The notes under the pieces are model-generated. The model saw only the letters and a program-made list of their open reading frames with translations. It was not told the origin of the DNA and searched no databases. A program made the translations under genes and the position numbers. Positions 9,324 to 18,973 of a stretch of 64,000 nt of DNA are shown here, one piece after another. Each line of letters opens with the position of its first letter. Position 1 is the first letter of the stretch. This stretch comes from an uncultured Gammaproteobacteria bacterium (GTDB lineage Bacteria; Patescibacteriota; Patescibacteriia; S139-126). The DNA lies in contig CAZBLW010000001.1 in assembly GCA_964493305.1 (NCBI GenBank), positions 384,037 to 448,036 on the forward strand, read 5' to 3'.

Positions 9324-10556
9324 ATGGTTAAAATTAAAAAGATCAAAGCTTTGGAAATTCTTGACTCTAGAGGCAACCCGACGATTGCCACTTTTTTAGA
9401 ATTGAGTTCAGGGGTGAAAGCATCGGCTTTGGTGCCTTCTGGGGCATCAACCGGCCGCCACGAAGCTTATGAATTACGCGATGGTGGTAAGCGTTATCAC
9501 GGTTTAGGTGTAACTAAAGCCATAAAAAATATTACCAAGGAAATTGTTCCGGCTGTTGTTAATAAAAATATTACTGATCCCATTGATCTTGATTATACTT
9601 TATGCTCTTTGGATGGAACTATCAATAAACATCGTTTAGGTGCCAATGCTATTTTGGGAGTATCTTTGGCTTATGCTCGAGCCTGTGCTTACCATTATCG
9701 TTTACCGTTATTTGCCTATTTAAGAAAAATTTATGGTTATAAGTATCACTGGCAAATACCTTATCCGATGATGAATGTATTGAATGGCGGTCGACATGCT
9801 GATAATGGTCTATCAATTCAGGAATTTATGATTGTACCAAAACAGAAGAAATTTGCCGATCGGTTGAGAGCCGGTTCGGAAATTTATCACAGTTTGAAAA
9901 AAATTTTACAAACAAAAAAATTATCTACAGGACTTGGTGATGAAGGAGGATTTGCTCCCAGATTAGCGAGTAATGAACAAGCCTTACAGTTATTGATTCA
10001 AGCAATTAAAAAAGCCAACTATAAGCCTGGTCAGGATGTTTGGTTGGCATTGGATGTTGCCGCTTCTGAATTTTTTAACGGACAGACTTATCAATTTGAA
10101 GATAAATCAATCGTTGCGGATAAATTAATATCAATTTATAAAAAATGGATTGCCAAATATAATTTACTTGGTATTGAAGATGGCTTAGCAGAAGATGATT
10201 GGGGAGGTTGGCAAACACTCACCAAAGCTTTGGGACAAAAAACTTTGTTAGTCGGCGATGATTTATTTGTTACCAATCAATCCAGATTGAAACAAGGAAT
10301 TGAAAAATCAGTGGCCAATGCTATTTTGATTAAATTGAATCAAATTGGTACTTTGACTGAAACCATGCAAACGATTATAGCGGCCCAGAAAAACAATTAT
10401 AAAGTAATTATTTCTCACCGTAGTGGAGAAACACCTGATGACTTTATTGCTGATTTAGCCGTGGCGGTAAGCGCAGATTATATAAAAAGTGGTGCGCCAG
10501 CGAGATCAGAAAGACTGGCAAAATACAATCGTTTATTGAAGATAGAACAACACTAA
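9324..10556 (+). CDS. eno: enolase
   Basis: N-terminus IKALEILDSRGNPT. Signature SHRSGETPD. Confidence 0.95.
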   Translation: MVKIKKIKALEILDSRGNPTIATFLELSSGVKASALVPSGASTGRHEAYELRDGGKRYHGLGVTKAIKNITKEIVPAVVNKNITDPIDLDYTLCSLDGTINKHRLGANAILGVSLAYARACAYHYRLPLFAYLRKIYGYKYHWQIPYPMMNVLNGGRHADNGLSIQEFMIVPKQKKFADRLRAGSEIYHSLKKILQTKKLSTGLGDEGGFAPRLASNEQALQLLIQAIKKANYKPGQDVWLALDVAASEFFNGQTYQFEDKSIVADKLISIYKKWIAKYNLLGIEDGLAEDDWGGWQTLTKALGQKTLLVGDDLFVTNQSRLKQGIEKSVANAILIKLNQIGTLTETMQTIIAAQKNNYKVIISHRSGETPDDFIADLAVAVSADYIKSGAPARSERLAKYNRLLKIEQH

Positions 10557-10589
10557 TGATTTTTGGCAAAATATGATAAGATAAAAACG

Positions 10590-10610
10590 AGGTTTTAAAA
10601 CCTTATTTTT
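10590..10610 (+). terminator. putative terminator (AGGTT-TTAA-AACCT + TATTTTT)
   Basis: A 14-nt perfect palindrome followed by a U-run after eno. Confidence 0.45.
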
Positions 10611-10617
10611 ACTATTT

Positions 10618-12198
10618 ATGAACAACACTACTACCAACCGAAAACCTAATGTTTTAATTGTGATTGATGGTTTAGGTATAGCCAATGATCAACCTGACAA
10701 CCCTGTGGAAATGGCCAATACCCCCACCTTTAAATTGTTGTGGGAAAAATATTACCACACCTCATTAGCTGCTGCCGGTGAAGACGTTGGCCTAATGCCC
10801 AATCAAGATGGTAACAGCGAAGCTGGTCATATGAATATTGGTGCTGGTAGAGTTGTTGGTCAAGATGTTTCCCTTATTAATCACAGCATAGCTGACGGTA
10901 CTTTTTTTAAAAATTCTGCATTTATCGCAGCTATTTCTCATGTCCAAAAAAACAATAGTAATTTACATCTCATGGGTTTATTGTCAGATCGACACTCGGG
11001 CCATGTTAACCCCAAGCATTTAGAAGCATTACTAACTCTGATACGCCAGCACAATTTAAAAAACAATGTGTATTTACATTTATTTACCGACGGTAGAGAT
11101 ACGCCCAAACACGCCGGACTTGGTTTTTTACGAACTTTGGAAGAACAACTTCAGCCCCATGAACGGATCGCCACTATTATGGGTCGGGTTTTATTGGATC
11201 GCAAAAAAAACTGGCTCAAGACCAAGGTAGCCTATGAAGCTCTGACCATGGGAATCGGTAAAATTGTTTCTAAACCAGAAAAAGCCATTCGCGAAGCTTA
11301 TGCCTGCGGTGAAACTGATGAATTTATCAGTCCGACCATTATCAGTTTGGATAACGATCCCAGTTATGGTCGAATTAATGATAATGATGCGATAATTTTT
11401 TATAATTTACGTTCTGATCGTGCTAGACAATTGACTAAACCTTTTGTTCAAGTAGAATTTGAAACCAAAAATAAAGATTCTTTTACGCGAAAAAAACTCT
11501 TGAAAAATTTGGTTTTTGTGGCCATGACTGATTTTGGACCTGATCTTGATCATGTTTTAACTGCCTATCCGTCAGCTGATATTTCTGGTACCCTGCCTAA
11601 CGCTTTGCGCAATCTAAAACAACTTTATATTGCTGAGGGTGAAAAGTATGCTCATATTACTTATTTTTTCAATGGTGGACACGATCGACCGGTTGCAGGA
11701 GAAGACAGGATTTTTGTACCTTCTCCAAATGTAGATTCCTATGATCAAACCCCGGAAATGTCGGCCAATAAAATTACCGAAATTGTAATTGATAATATTA
11801 AACAAAATCAATATGACTTTTATGCCATCAATTTTGCCAATCCAGATATGATTGGTCATACCGGTAATTTAGGAGCAGCTATCAAAGCTATTGAGTGTGT
11901 TGATAAAAATATTGGTCTTATTTTACAAGAGGTAATAGCGCGTGATGGTCTTTTATTTATTACAGCTGATCACGGCAACGTTGAGGAGATAATAAATGTT
12001 CAAACTGGCGAAATTGATACCGAGCACTCTAGTAACCCCGTACCTTTTTTTATTGCCACCAATCATCAGATTTATCCGACACACAAGTTACCGAACGGGC
12101 GCTTGGCTGATGTAGCACCGACAATTTTGTCAGCTATGAATATACCTAAAACCAGAGAAATGACAGGTAAAAATTTATTAGCACCGTCGAGTATATGA
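10618..12198 (+). CDS. gpmI: 2,3-bisphosphoglycerate-independent phosphoglycerate mutase (iPGM), copy 1
   Basis: NSEAGHMNIGAGR catalytic Ser motif. DGRD and TADHGN metal-site motifs. Confidence 0.85.
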   Translation: MNNTTTNRKPNVLIVIDGLGIANDQPDNPVEMANTPTFKLLWEKYYHTSLAAAGEDVGLMPNQDGNSEAGHMNIGAGRVVGQDVSLINHSIADGTFFKNSAFIAAISHVQKNNSNLHLMGLLSDRHSGHVNPKHLEALLTLIRQHNLKNNVYLHLFTDGRDTPKHAGLGFLRTLEEQLQPHERIATIMGRVLLDRKKNWLKTKVAYEALTMGIGKIVSKPEKAIREAYACGETDEFISPTIISLDNDPSYGRINDNDAIIFYNLRSDRARQLTKPFVQVEFETKNKDSFTRKKLLKNLVFVAMTDFGPDLDHVLTAYPSADISGTLPNALRNLKQLYIAEGEKYAHITYFFNGGHDRPVAGEDRIFVPSPNVDSYDQTPEMSANKITEIVIDNIKQNQYDFYAINFANPDMIGHTGNLGAAIKAIECVDKNIGLILQEVIARDGLLFITADHGNVEEIINVQTGEIDTEHSSNPVPFFIATNHQIYPTHKLPNGRLADVAPTILSAMNIPKTREMTGKNLLAPSSI

Positions 12199-13766
12199 AA
12201 GCACACACCCCCGTAGTATTAGTAGTACTTGATGGTTGGGGAATAGCCCCACCTTCCATCGGTAATGCCATCACCTTAGCACAAACCCCGAACTACGACA
12301 GTTTTTTATTGAACTATCCTTCTTTTAATATTCAAGCCTCAGGCGAATCAGTAGGTCTACCTTGGGGAGAAATGGGTAATTCGGAAGTAGGTCATTTATC
12401 CTTAGGGTCAGGTAAAATTTTATATCAAAATTTACCTCGTATTACTAGAGCAATTTCCGATGGTAGTTTTGTAACCAATGCAGCTTTTGAGCAAGCCTTT
12501 GAACACGTTAAACAAAACAATTCCAAATTACACATTATCGGTTTGGTTTCTGATGGTGGTGTGCATAGTTATAATGAACATCTATATGCACTTATTGAAA
12601 CCGCCAAATTAAATAAAGTGAAACAACTTTATATTCATGCTTTTTTGGACGGCAGAGATACAGCTAAAAATAGCGGTTTAGGTTATATTGTTGCTTTACA
12701 AAAAGTTTTACATAATGTTGGTTTGGGTAGAATCGCCACAATTTCTGGTAGGTTTTATGCCATGGATCGAGATAATCGTTGGGATAGAATTGCCGCTACT
12801 TATAATGCCATGGTATTGGGTCAAGCCGCGGCAAGTTATCAAGATCCAATAGAAGCAGTTAATCAATCTTATCAGCAAGGTGTATTTGATGAAGAGTTTG
12901 TGCCCACGATAATTTTAGATACACAGAACCAACCAACAGTAGTTGGTGACAATGATGCCATTATTTACTTTAATTTCCGTAGCGACCGAGCTAGGGAACT
13001 AACTAAAGCGTTGGTATTAAGTGATTTTAATGGATTTGCCAGGGAGAAAGTGTGTCAAAATGTATTTTTTGTAACTATGACCGAATATGAAAAAGATTTG
13101 CCAGTAACCATAGCTTTTCCTCCTGAGGTTGTTTCTATGCCCTTGGCTAAGGTGATAGCTGAAAATGGTGGCAAACAGGTTCATATAGCCGAAACTGAAA
13201 AATATGCTCACGTTACTTTTTTCTTCAACGGAGGTATTGAGAAACCATTTACTGGTGAGGAACATATCATGGTGCCGTCTCCTAAAATTTCTAGTTATGA
13301 TAAAAAACCGGAAATGTCTGCTTATGATGCCACCAAAAAATTATTAGCAGCCATCAATCAAGGTGATTATATGTTTTTATTGATCAATTATGCCGCGCCG
13401 GATATGGTGGCTCATACCGGAAATTTAGCAGCCACAATTAAAGGCATTGAAGCGGTTGATGATTGTTTAGGAAAAATCGCTGAAGCCGTATTGGGGCGAG
13501 ATGGAGTTTTGTTAATTACCGCTGATCACGGCAATGCTGAAGAATTAATCAAACTTCGTAGCGGCGAAATCGACAAAGAGCACTCGTCATCACCCGTACC
13601 ATTTTTGATCATTGGTAATCAATGGTTAGGGCAAGGAAGGTTAGCCAATAAGAACGAACTTTATGCTAGCACTCCGGTGGGAGTTTTAGCTGATGTAGCT
13701 CCCACAATTTTAACACTGTTGAATTTACCCATCCCTCCAGAAATGACTGGTAAATCATTATTATAA
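12195..13766 (+). CDS. gpmI: 2,3-bisphosphoglycerate-independent phosphoglycerate mutase (iPGM), divergent tandem paralog
   Basis: MGNSEVGHLSLGSG, DGRD and TADHGN motifs. ATGA overlap with copy 1. Confidence 0.85.
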   Translation: MKAHTPVVLVVLDGWGIAPPSIGNAITLAQTPNYDSFLLNYPSFNIQASGESVGLPWGEMGNSEVGHLSLGSGKILYQNLPRITRAISDGSFVTNAAFEQAFEHVKQNNSKLHIIGLVSDGGVHSYNEHLYALIETAKLNKVKQLYIHAFLDGRDTAKNSGLGYIVALQKVLHNVGLGRIATISGRFYAMDRDNRWDRIAATYNAMVLGQAAASYQDPIEAVNQSYQQGVFDEEFVPTIILDTQNQPTVVGDNDAIIYFNFRSDRARELTKALVLSDFNGFAREKVCQNVFFVTMTEYEKDLPVTIAFPPEVVSMPLAKVIAENGGKQVHIAETEKYAHVTFFFNGGIEKPFTGEEHIMVPSPKISSYDKKPEMSAYDATKKLLAAINQGDYMFLLINYAAPDMVAHTGNLAATIKGIEAVDDCLGKIAEAVLGRDGVLLITADHGNAEELIKLRSGEIDKEHSSSPVPFLIIGNQWLGQGRLANKNELYASTPVGVLADVAPTILTLLNLPIPPEMTGKSLL

Positions 13767-13767
13767 A

Positions 13768-13796
13768 AAACACCCAAATTTAATGGGTGTTTTTTG
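13768..13796. terminator. bidirectional rho-independent terminator (ACACCCA-AATTTAA-TGGGTGT, A-run/T-run flanks)
   Basis: Lies between convergent gpmI (+) and the DUF212 gene (-). Confidence 0.7.
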
Positions 13797-13808
13797 GTGA
13801 GAGTTAAT

Positions 13809-14261
13809 TTATAAAAAATAGTAGAGAAGATAGGTTAGTACTATACCCAGTATTGCTCCTACTAAAACTTGGGCATAAGTATGACCCAGTCTTTCCGGAG
13901 AGTAAGGATAAGAAAATTCTTTTTCATCAGGTAATTCTTTGATTAATCGGTTTAAGATTTTTGCGTGAGCAGATAATTGCATCCTAAATCCTAAAGCATC
14001 TCTGACTACTAAGATAGCCAATATTAGACTGATTAAAAATACCGGTGAAGTAAAACCAGAGTATAATCCTACGGTGGTAGCGGCTGAAGTTACTAAAGCC
14101 GTATGGCCAGAAGGCATCCCGCCATAACTAATAAATACATTCCAATTGAAGTGCCCCTTTTTTAAGTCATAGATTGATTTAAAGATTTGAACTATAACTA
14201 CAACTGCCAAAGGAATAAATAAGATTTTATAAGTCATAGATTTATTTAGTTGGTTGTCCAA
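13809..14261 (-). CDS. divergent PAP2-family membrane protein (DUF212/YuiD-like)
   Basis: GGMPSGHTALVTS motif. Multi-TM. Confidence 0.6.
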   Translation of the reverse strand: MDNQLNKSMTYKILFIPLAVVVIVQIFKSIYDLKKGHFNWNVFISYGGMPSGHTALVTSAATTVGLYSGFTSPVFLISLILAILVVRDALGFRMQLSAHAKILNRLIKELPDEKEFSYPYSPERLGHTYAQVLVGAILGIVLTYLLYYFL

Positions 14262-14838
14262 AAATTTGTACTACCAGGTAGGTTGATTTTCCTTGATAGT
14301 AACCTTGTTTAACAGCTAAACCTGTTTCCGTATAATAAGGATTTAAGATATTTTTGCGGTGAGCCTCGGATGCTAACCAAGCATTGACAATTGCTTGGTT
14401 GTCGGTAAAAAAGATTGCTAAATTTTCTCCGACACGTAGATAGTTATAGTCATATTGTTTTATCCAAGTGGAGAAAGGTTCACCATTTTTTCCGCTGTGA
14501 GAAAATAATTGTTCAGTCAACAAATAATCTGCTTTAGCTTGAGCTGCCATTTGCAATTTTTCATTTTCTACCAGTCTGTCTAAATTATATTGTACTCTTG
14601 TCTGATTGACAATATTTAATATTTCCGTAGTCTGCAAGGTTGGGGTAGGGGCAACCAAATTGTTTTGATTAAATATTTGAGCGTTAGCAGGCGCAAAAAA
14701 AAGCACTCCCATCAAGAATGCTTGCAAAATAAATACCAAAGCTACATTGACCGCAAGGTATATTAATAAATATTTTTTTGATGATAAAGAAATCTTATTG
14801 TTCCAGTCAATGGCTGGATTAGCAAAAATTTCCGACAT
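14242..14838 (-). CDS. CAP/SCP-domain (YkwD-like) secreted protein with N-terminal anchor
   Basis: CAP-domain residues (HSGKNGE...GENLA...WLASEAHRKNIL). TM at N-terminus. Confidence 0.6.
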   Translation of the reverse strand: MSEIFANPAIDWNNKISLSSKKYLLIYLAVNVALVFILQAFLMGVLFFAPANAQIFNQNNLVAPTPTLQTTEILNIVNQTRVQYNLDRLVENEKLQMAAQAKADYLLTEQLFSHSGKNGEPFSTWIKQYDYNYLRVGENLAIFFTDNQAIVNAWLASEAHRKNILNPYYTETGLAVKQGYYQGKSTYLVVQIFGQPTK

Positions 14839-14955
14839 ATTTTTATTTTTATTTTTGGCGGGAATTTACCCCACTATCTATAGTATAGCATATTTTTATA
14901 GAAAAATCAAGAGGTTTTATTTTTATTTATAAATAAAATTTGGTAAAATAAATCC

Positions 14956-15591
14956 ATGTCATATCAATACCAGAATCTAATTGATCAGTTAGAAAAAGAA
15001 CAATATTTACAAACCCCAGAAATTATTGCCGCTTTCAGACAGATTAGGCGTGGTGATTTTGTTATGCGGGGATTAGAAAACGAATCACATTATAATTACC
15101 CATTAATCATCGGTTACGGACAAACTATTTCTCAGCCCGCTACCGTAGCTTTTATGTTGGAATTATTACAACCTAAAGTAGGGGAGAAGATTTTAGATAT
15201 CGGCGCTGGATCTGGTTGGCAGACTGGTTTATTAGCACAGTTGGTGGGGAGAAACGGTCAAGTTATTGGCGTAGAAAGAATTCCTGAATTGGTTGAATTT
15301 GCCAAAAAGAATTTAGCTAAATATGATTTTGCAAATATTGAATTGGTGAGTGTTAATGGTTATGAAGGTTATGTCAATTACGAACCCTATGATGCTATAA
15401 TTGCCGGGGCGGCTGCGCCAAAATTACCCAAAGCGATTTTGAGTCAACTAAAAATTGGCGGGCGGTTGGTTATACCGATTGGTGAGGATAAACAAAGTAT
15501 CTATTACATAAAACGAGAATCAGAAAAAAATTTTAAATATAAAGAGTACCCAGGATTTATTTTTGTCCCCTTGGTACCAGAAATTAAATAA
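14956..15591 (+). CDS. pcm: protein-L-isoaspartate O-methyltransferase
   Basis: GYGQTISQPATVAFMLELL and LDIGAGSGWQT. Confidence 0.85.
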   Translation: MSYQYQNLIDQLEKEQYLQTPEIIAAFRQIRRGDFVMRGLENESHYNYPLIIGYGQTISQPATVAFMLELLQPKVGEKILDIGAGSGWQTGLLAQLVGRNGQVIGVERIPELVEFAKKNLAKYDFANIELVSVNGYEGYVNYEPYDAIIAGAAAPKLPKAILSQLKIGGRLVIPIGEDKQSIYYIKRESEKNFKYKEYPGFIFVPLVPEIK

Positions 15592-15593
15592 CC

Positions 15594-16655
15594 ATGAAGG
15601 CGTTAATTTTAGCCGGTGGTAGTGGCACAAGATTGTGGCCGCTTTCGCGTAATAATAACCCCAAGCAGTTTTTAAAACTCTATCAAGACAAAACTTTATT
15701 GCAGCACACTTATGATAGATTGCGGGGTGTTTTTGCCAATCAGGATATTTGGTTAGCAACTGCAGCTGATCATAAATTACGTTGTCAAAAAGAAGTACCG
15801 GCTATTAAAAATTATTCTTTAGAACCATTTAGTGCCAATACCGCTCCGGCTATTGGTTTAGCTTTATTACATATTTTAAAATCCCAACCAACTAGTATAG
15901 TGGTGACAGTTAATTCTGATCATTATATTGCTAATCGTCAGGAATATTTACGCATTATTAACCAAGCTAAAAAAATAGTTGCTAAACAACCGGATAAAAT
16001 AGTTTTAGTGGGTGTTAAAACACAATATCCAGAAACTGGTTATGGTTATATAAAGTTGGGTAAATTGGCTAGCAAACTAAATGCTGATAAGATTTATCAA
16101 GTAGATAGTTTTGTTGAAAAACCAAATTTGCTGAAGGCTAAGAAATATCACCGGAGTAATAAATACTTATGGAATCCAGCCATCTTTGTTTTTTCCGCCC
16201 AGTTTATGTGGCAGTTATACAGTCAGTATTTACCTGAACATTTTCAAGTTTTACAAAAGATGGCTAAAGTTTACCCTCACCAGCAAAAAATTTTTAAACT
16301 CTATCAACAATTCACTAAAGAATCCATTGACTATGGTATTTTAGAAAAAGCTACTAAACAGCTATTGGTTATTCCCGCGTCTTTTGGTTGGAGTGATATT
16401 GGTAGTTGGCAATCAATTAGTGATTTATTTTCTCAGCAAAACAAAAATCGAGTTAGAGGAAATTTTTTAAGTATTGACAGTCAGAACAACATTGTTTATG
16501 GACCTCCAGATAAATTGGTAACTACTATTGGTATAAAAAACAGTTTGATTATTTATACTACTGATGCCATATTGGTTGCAGACAAATTTCGTTCTCAAGA
16601 CGTAAAAAAAATAGTATCGTTACTAGCAGCCAAAGGTTTAACTAAATTTTTATGA
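15594..16655 (+). CDS. manC: mannose-1-phosphate guanylyltransferase (nucleotidyltransferase domain only)
   Basis: ILAGGSGTRLWPLSR...PKQF at the N-terminus. Confidence 0.8.
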   Translation: MKALILAGGSGTRLWPLSRNNNPKQFLKLYQDKTLLQHTYDRLRGVFANQDIWLATAADHKLRCQKEVPAIKNYSLEPFSANTAPAIGLALLHILKSQPTSIVVTVNSDHYIANRQEYLRIINQAKKIVAKQPDKIVLVGVKTQYPETGYGYIKLGKLASKLNADKIYQVDSFVEKPNLLKAKKYHRSNKYLWNPAIFVFSAQFMWQLYSQYLPEHFQVLQKMAKVYPHQQKIFKLYQQFTKESIDYGILEKATKQLLVIPASFGWSDIGSWQSISDLFSQQNKNRVRGNFLSIDSQNNIVYGPPDKLVTTIGIKNSLIIYTTDAILVADKFRSQDVKKIVSLLAAKGLTKFL

Positions 16656-17659
16656 AATTTAAATATTTTATAATTAGTTTTGTCTTCGTTTTGGTTATTG
16701 GTTTATTAGCACTGGGCTTATTTGGTTTTTATTTATTGACTTCTGCTGAAAAAAATAACCAACAAGAATTTGTAATCAATACTGGTGATGGCGTCCATCA
16801 AATAAGTCAAAATTTATACCAGCAAGGTTTAATTAAGAACCAATTTGTATTTGAAACTTATGTTTGGTATAAAAATTTAGAAAAAAAATTTATTGCCGGT
16901 AGTTTTTCTCTTCCCCCTAACACCAATAATATTGATTTAGTAAAAATATTAACTTCACCACAAGCAGTCAATCAGCTAACCTTACGTTTTATTGAAGGTT
17001 GGAACAACGATGATATAGCTGATTATTTATTGAGTAAAGGGATCATCCAATCATCGGCTGAATTTAATGATCTTACCAAAGTTAATTTGTGGCAAAAAAA
17101 TTATGACTTTTTATCAGATTTAGATGCGCAGACAAGTTTGGAGGGTTATTTATTTCCTGATACTTATAATTTTTTTGTAAATGTATCACCCCCAGAAGTT
17201 ATTGAGAAAATGTTAGATAATTTTGCTACCAAGTTTTCTCTAGAGATGAGACAAGCAGCTCAACAACAGGGGAGATCTATTCATGATGTGGTGAAATTGG
17301 CATCACTTTTGGAAAAAGAAGTGAAAACTGAAGCCGATATGAAATTGGTAGCAGATATTTTTTTACGACGTTTAGCTCTAGGTATGTTATTGCAAGCCGA
17401 TAGTACTTTGAATTATGCTACTGGTGGCAAAAATCCAAGTTTAAGCACTAGTGAATTATCTATTGATAGTCCTTATAATTCCTATAAATATTCCGGTTTG
17501 CCACCCACGCCAATTTCTAATCCAGGCCTCAAAGCTTTACAAGCGGCATTGTATCCCACCCCCAATGATTATTTATTTTTTTTAACTTCCCCTGATGGCA
17601 CCGTTTATTATGCTAAAACTTTTGAAGAACATATAAATAATAGGCAGTTTTTGAAGTAA
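16652..17659 (+). CDS. mltG: endolytic murein transglycosylase MltG (YceG-like)
   Basis: N-terminal TM. LEGYLFPDTYNF signature. Confidence 0.8.
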   Translation: MKFKYFIISFVFVLVIGLLALGLFGFYLLTSAEKNNQQEFVINTGDGVHQISQNLYQQGLIKNQFVFETYVWYKNLEKKFIAGSFSLPPNTNNIDLVKILTSPQAVNQLTLRFIEGWNNDDIADYLLSKGIIQSSAEFNDLTKVNLWQKNYDFLSDLDAQTSLEGYLFPDTYNFFVNVSPPEVIEKMLDNFATKFSLEMRQAAQQQGRSIHDVVKLASLLEKEVKTEADMKLVADIFLRRLALGMLLQADSTLNYATGGKNPSLSTSELSIDSPYNSYKYSGLPPTPISNPGLKALQAALYPTPNDYLFFLTSPDGTVYYAKTFEEHINNRQFLK

Positions 17660-17686
17660 TTTAGTTATATTCTCCTAATTAATCAT

Positions 17687-17712
17687 CCCTTAGTAAAATC
17701 TAGGGGTTTTTT
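17687..17712 (+). terminator. putative rho-independent terminator
   Basis: CCCTTAG-TAAAAT-CTAGGGG hairpin followed by TTTTTT. Confidence 0.5.
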
Positions 17713-17787
17713 GTCTTGACAAATTAGATTTAATTATGTTAAGGTAAGCGGAATTGTTTTTTTAAAAATCAAATAAAGAGGTAAAAA

Positions 17788-18936
17788 ATGAAAGTAATTC
17801 AATTTTGTTGGTTGCTCCTTTTTTTGTTGTTTTTGGCTCAGCCAATAATGGCACAACAGGAGATAGAGATTGTAGATAATATTACTTTTAAAAAAGGTAA
17901 AATTGAAAAAGTAGATATTATCTATCGTGATAACAGTTGTATTGATATCTGGTTAAAATATAGTGGTGATTGTGCTGACCAGCTTGATATTTATATTGAT
18001 TCAACTTTTTATGAATCAAAATATATACCCAATGGTTCACACATTGATGAACCCTATATTTTTTCTATAACCGGACTTAAAGGTGATGAATTGATTGATG
18101 TTTTGGTACATTTTATCGATTGTACCGAACCAGCACCAGTTTTACCACCACCAGTGGTACTACAGTCACGCGATCCTTGTGAACCTTGTTTAGTAAATTG
18201 TGATACTAGTGGTATTTATGCTTTTTACGATCAGTTTCATCATGGTTGGTTTAAGGCAACAACTTTACCACTTAATGAAGTTAGGTCAGGTTTTGGTTGG
18301 CGGAATAATTGGTATAAATCCTTATTTATACTAGATACAGATTTAAGAATAGGTATCTTAGATTTTAAATGGATTGAAGATTTTGATGTCAATCAATATT
18401 ATTATGGTGCTTTTTATTCTGGTTTATTTATTAATAGCGGGTTTGATTTAGGTTTTGTAAAAGTTCTGGGTGGAGTCAATTTAGGATTTTCTTACGATTA
18501 TGAAAATTCAGAAGTTGATTATATTTACTACCAATATAAAGCATCAATATTTTTTTGGCGATTGTTTTTATCGGGTGAGCAGGAAAAATACAATTTAATA
18601 GAATTGTACCGTGTTAGACCATCAAATGGTTATTATAATAGAGCTAAATTTCGAGCCGGTTACTTAGATAAAATATCAAATCAATTTACGTTTTCCCTTG
18701 GTTATCAATCCAGTATAAGTAAATATGATGATGAATATTATACCCGTAAACATAATCCCCAGTGGGTTGGTGGATTTATAAATCTAAATTTTTGTCAATT
18801 TCCTTTTGACTTATCTTTAGATGTTTCCTATGAAGCAGGTGATGAAATTGAGTTTTATAAAATAGATCAAATTTTAGTTGATCCACCGATTGATATTTTC
18901 GATGTCAGTATCTCAGTTAAATACTTTTTGTTCTAA
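17788..18936 (+). CDS. secreted hypothetical protein (signal peptide, Cys-rich N-domain, aromatic-rich C-domain ending in Phe)
   Basis: MKVIQFCWLLLFLLFLAQPIMAQQ signal peptide. No recognisable family. Confidence 0.5.
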   Translation: MKVIQFCWLLLFLLFLAQPIMAQQEIEIVDNITFKKGKIEKVDIIYRDNSCIDIWLKYSGDCADQLDIYIDSTFYESKYIPNGSHIDEPYIFSITGLKGDELIDVLVHFIDCTEPAPVLPPPVVLQSRDPCEPCLVNCDTSGIYAFYDQFHHGWFKATTLPLNEVRSGFGWRNNWYKSLFILDTDLRIGILDFKWIEDFDVNQYYYGAFYSGLFINSGFDLGFVKVLGGVNLGFSYDYENSEVDYIYYQYKASIFFWRLFLSGEQEKYNLIELYRVRPSNGYYNRAKFRAGYLDKISNQFTFSLGYQSSISKYDDEYYTRKHNPQWVGGFINLNFCQFPFDLSLDVSYEAGDEIEFYKIDQILVDPPIDIFDVSISVKYFLF

Positions 18937-18973
18937 ATAAATCACATGTTCAACAAAATAAAGGAGTTCAGTA

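Noticed and set aside
10590-10603. 14-nt perfect palindrome AGGTTTTAAAACCT as a restriction or operator site
   Set aside because: Its position directly after the eno stop, with a following U-run, fits an intrinsic terminator better than a regulatory operator.
14839-14955. Possible leaderless promoter TGgTAAAAT ending 7 nt before the pcm ATG
   Set aside because: No -35 element. An AT-rich intergenic region makes chance -10-like hexamers common. Kept out of features for lack of support.
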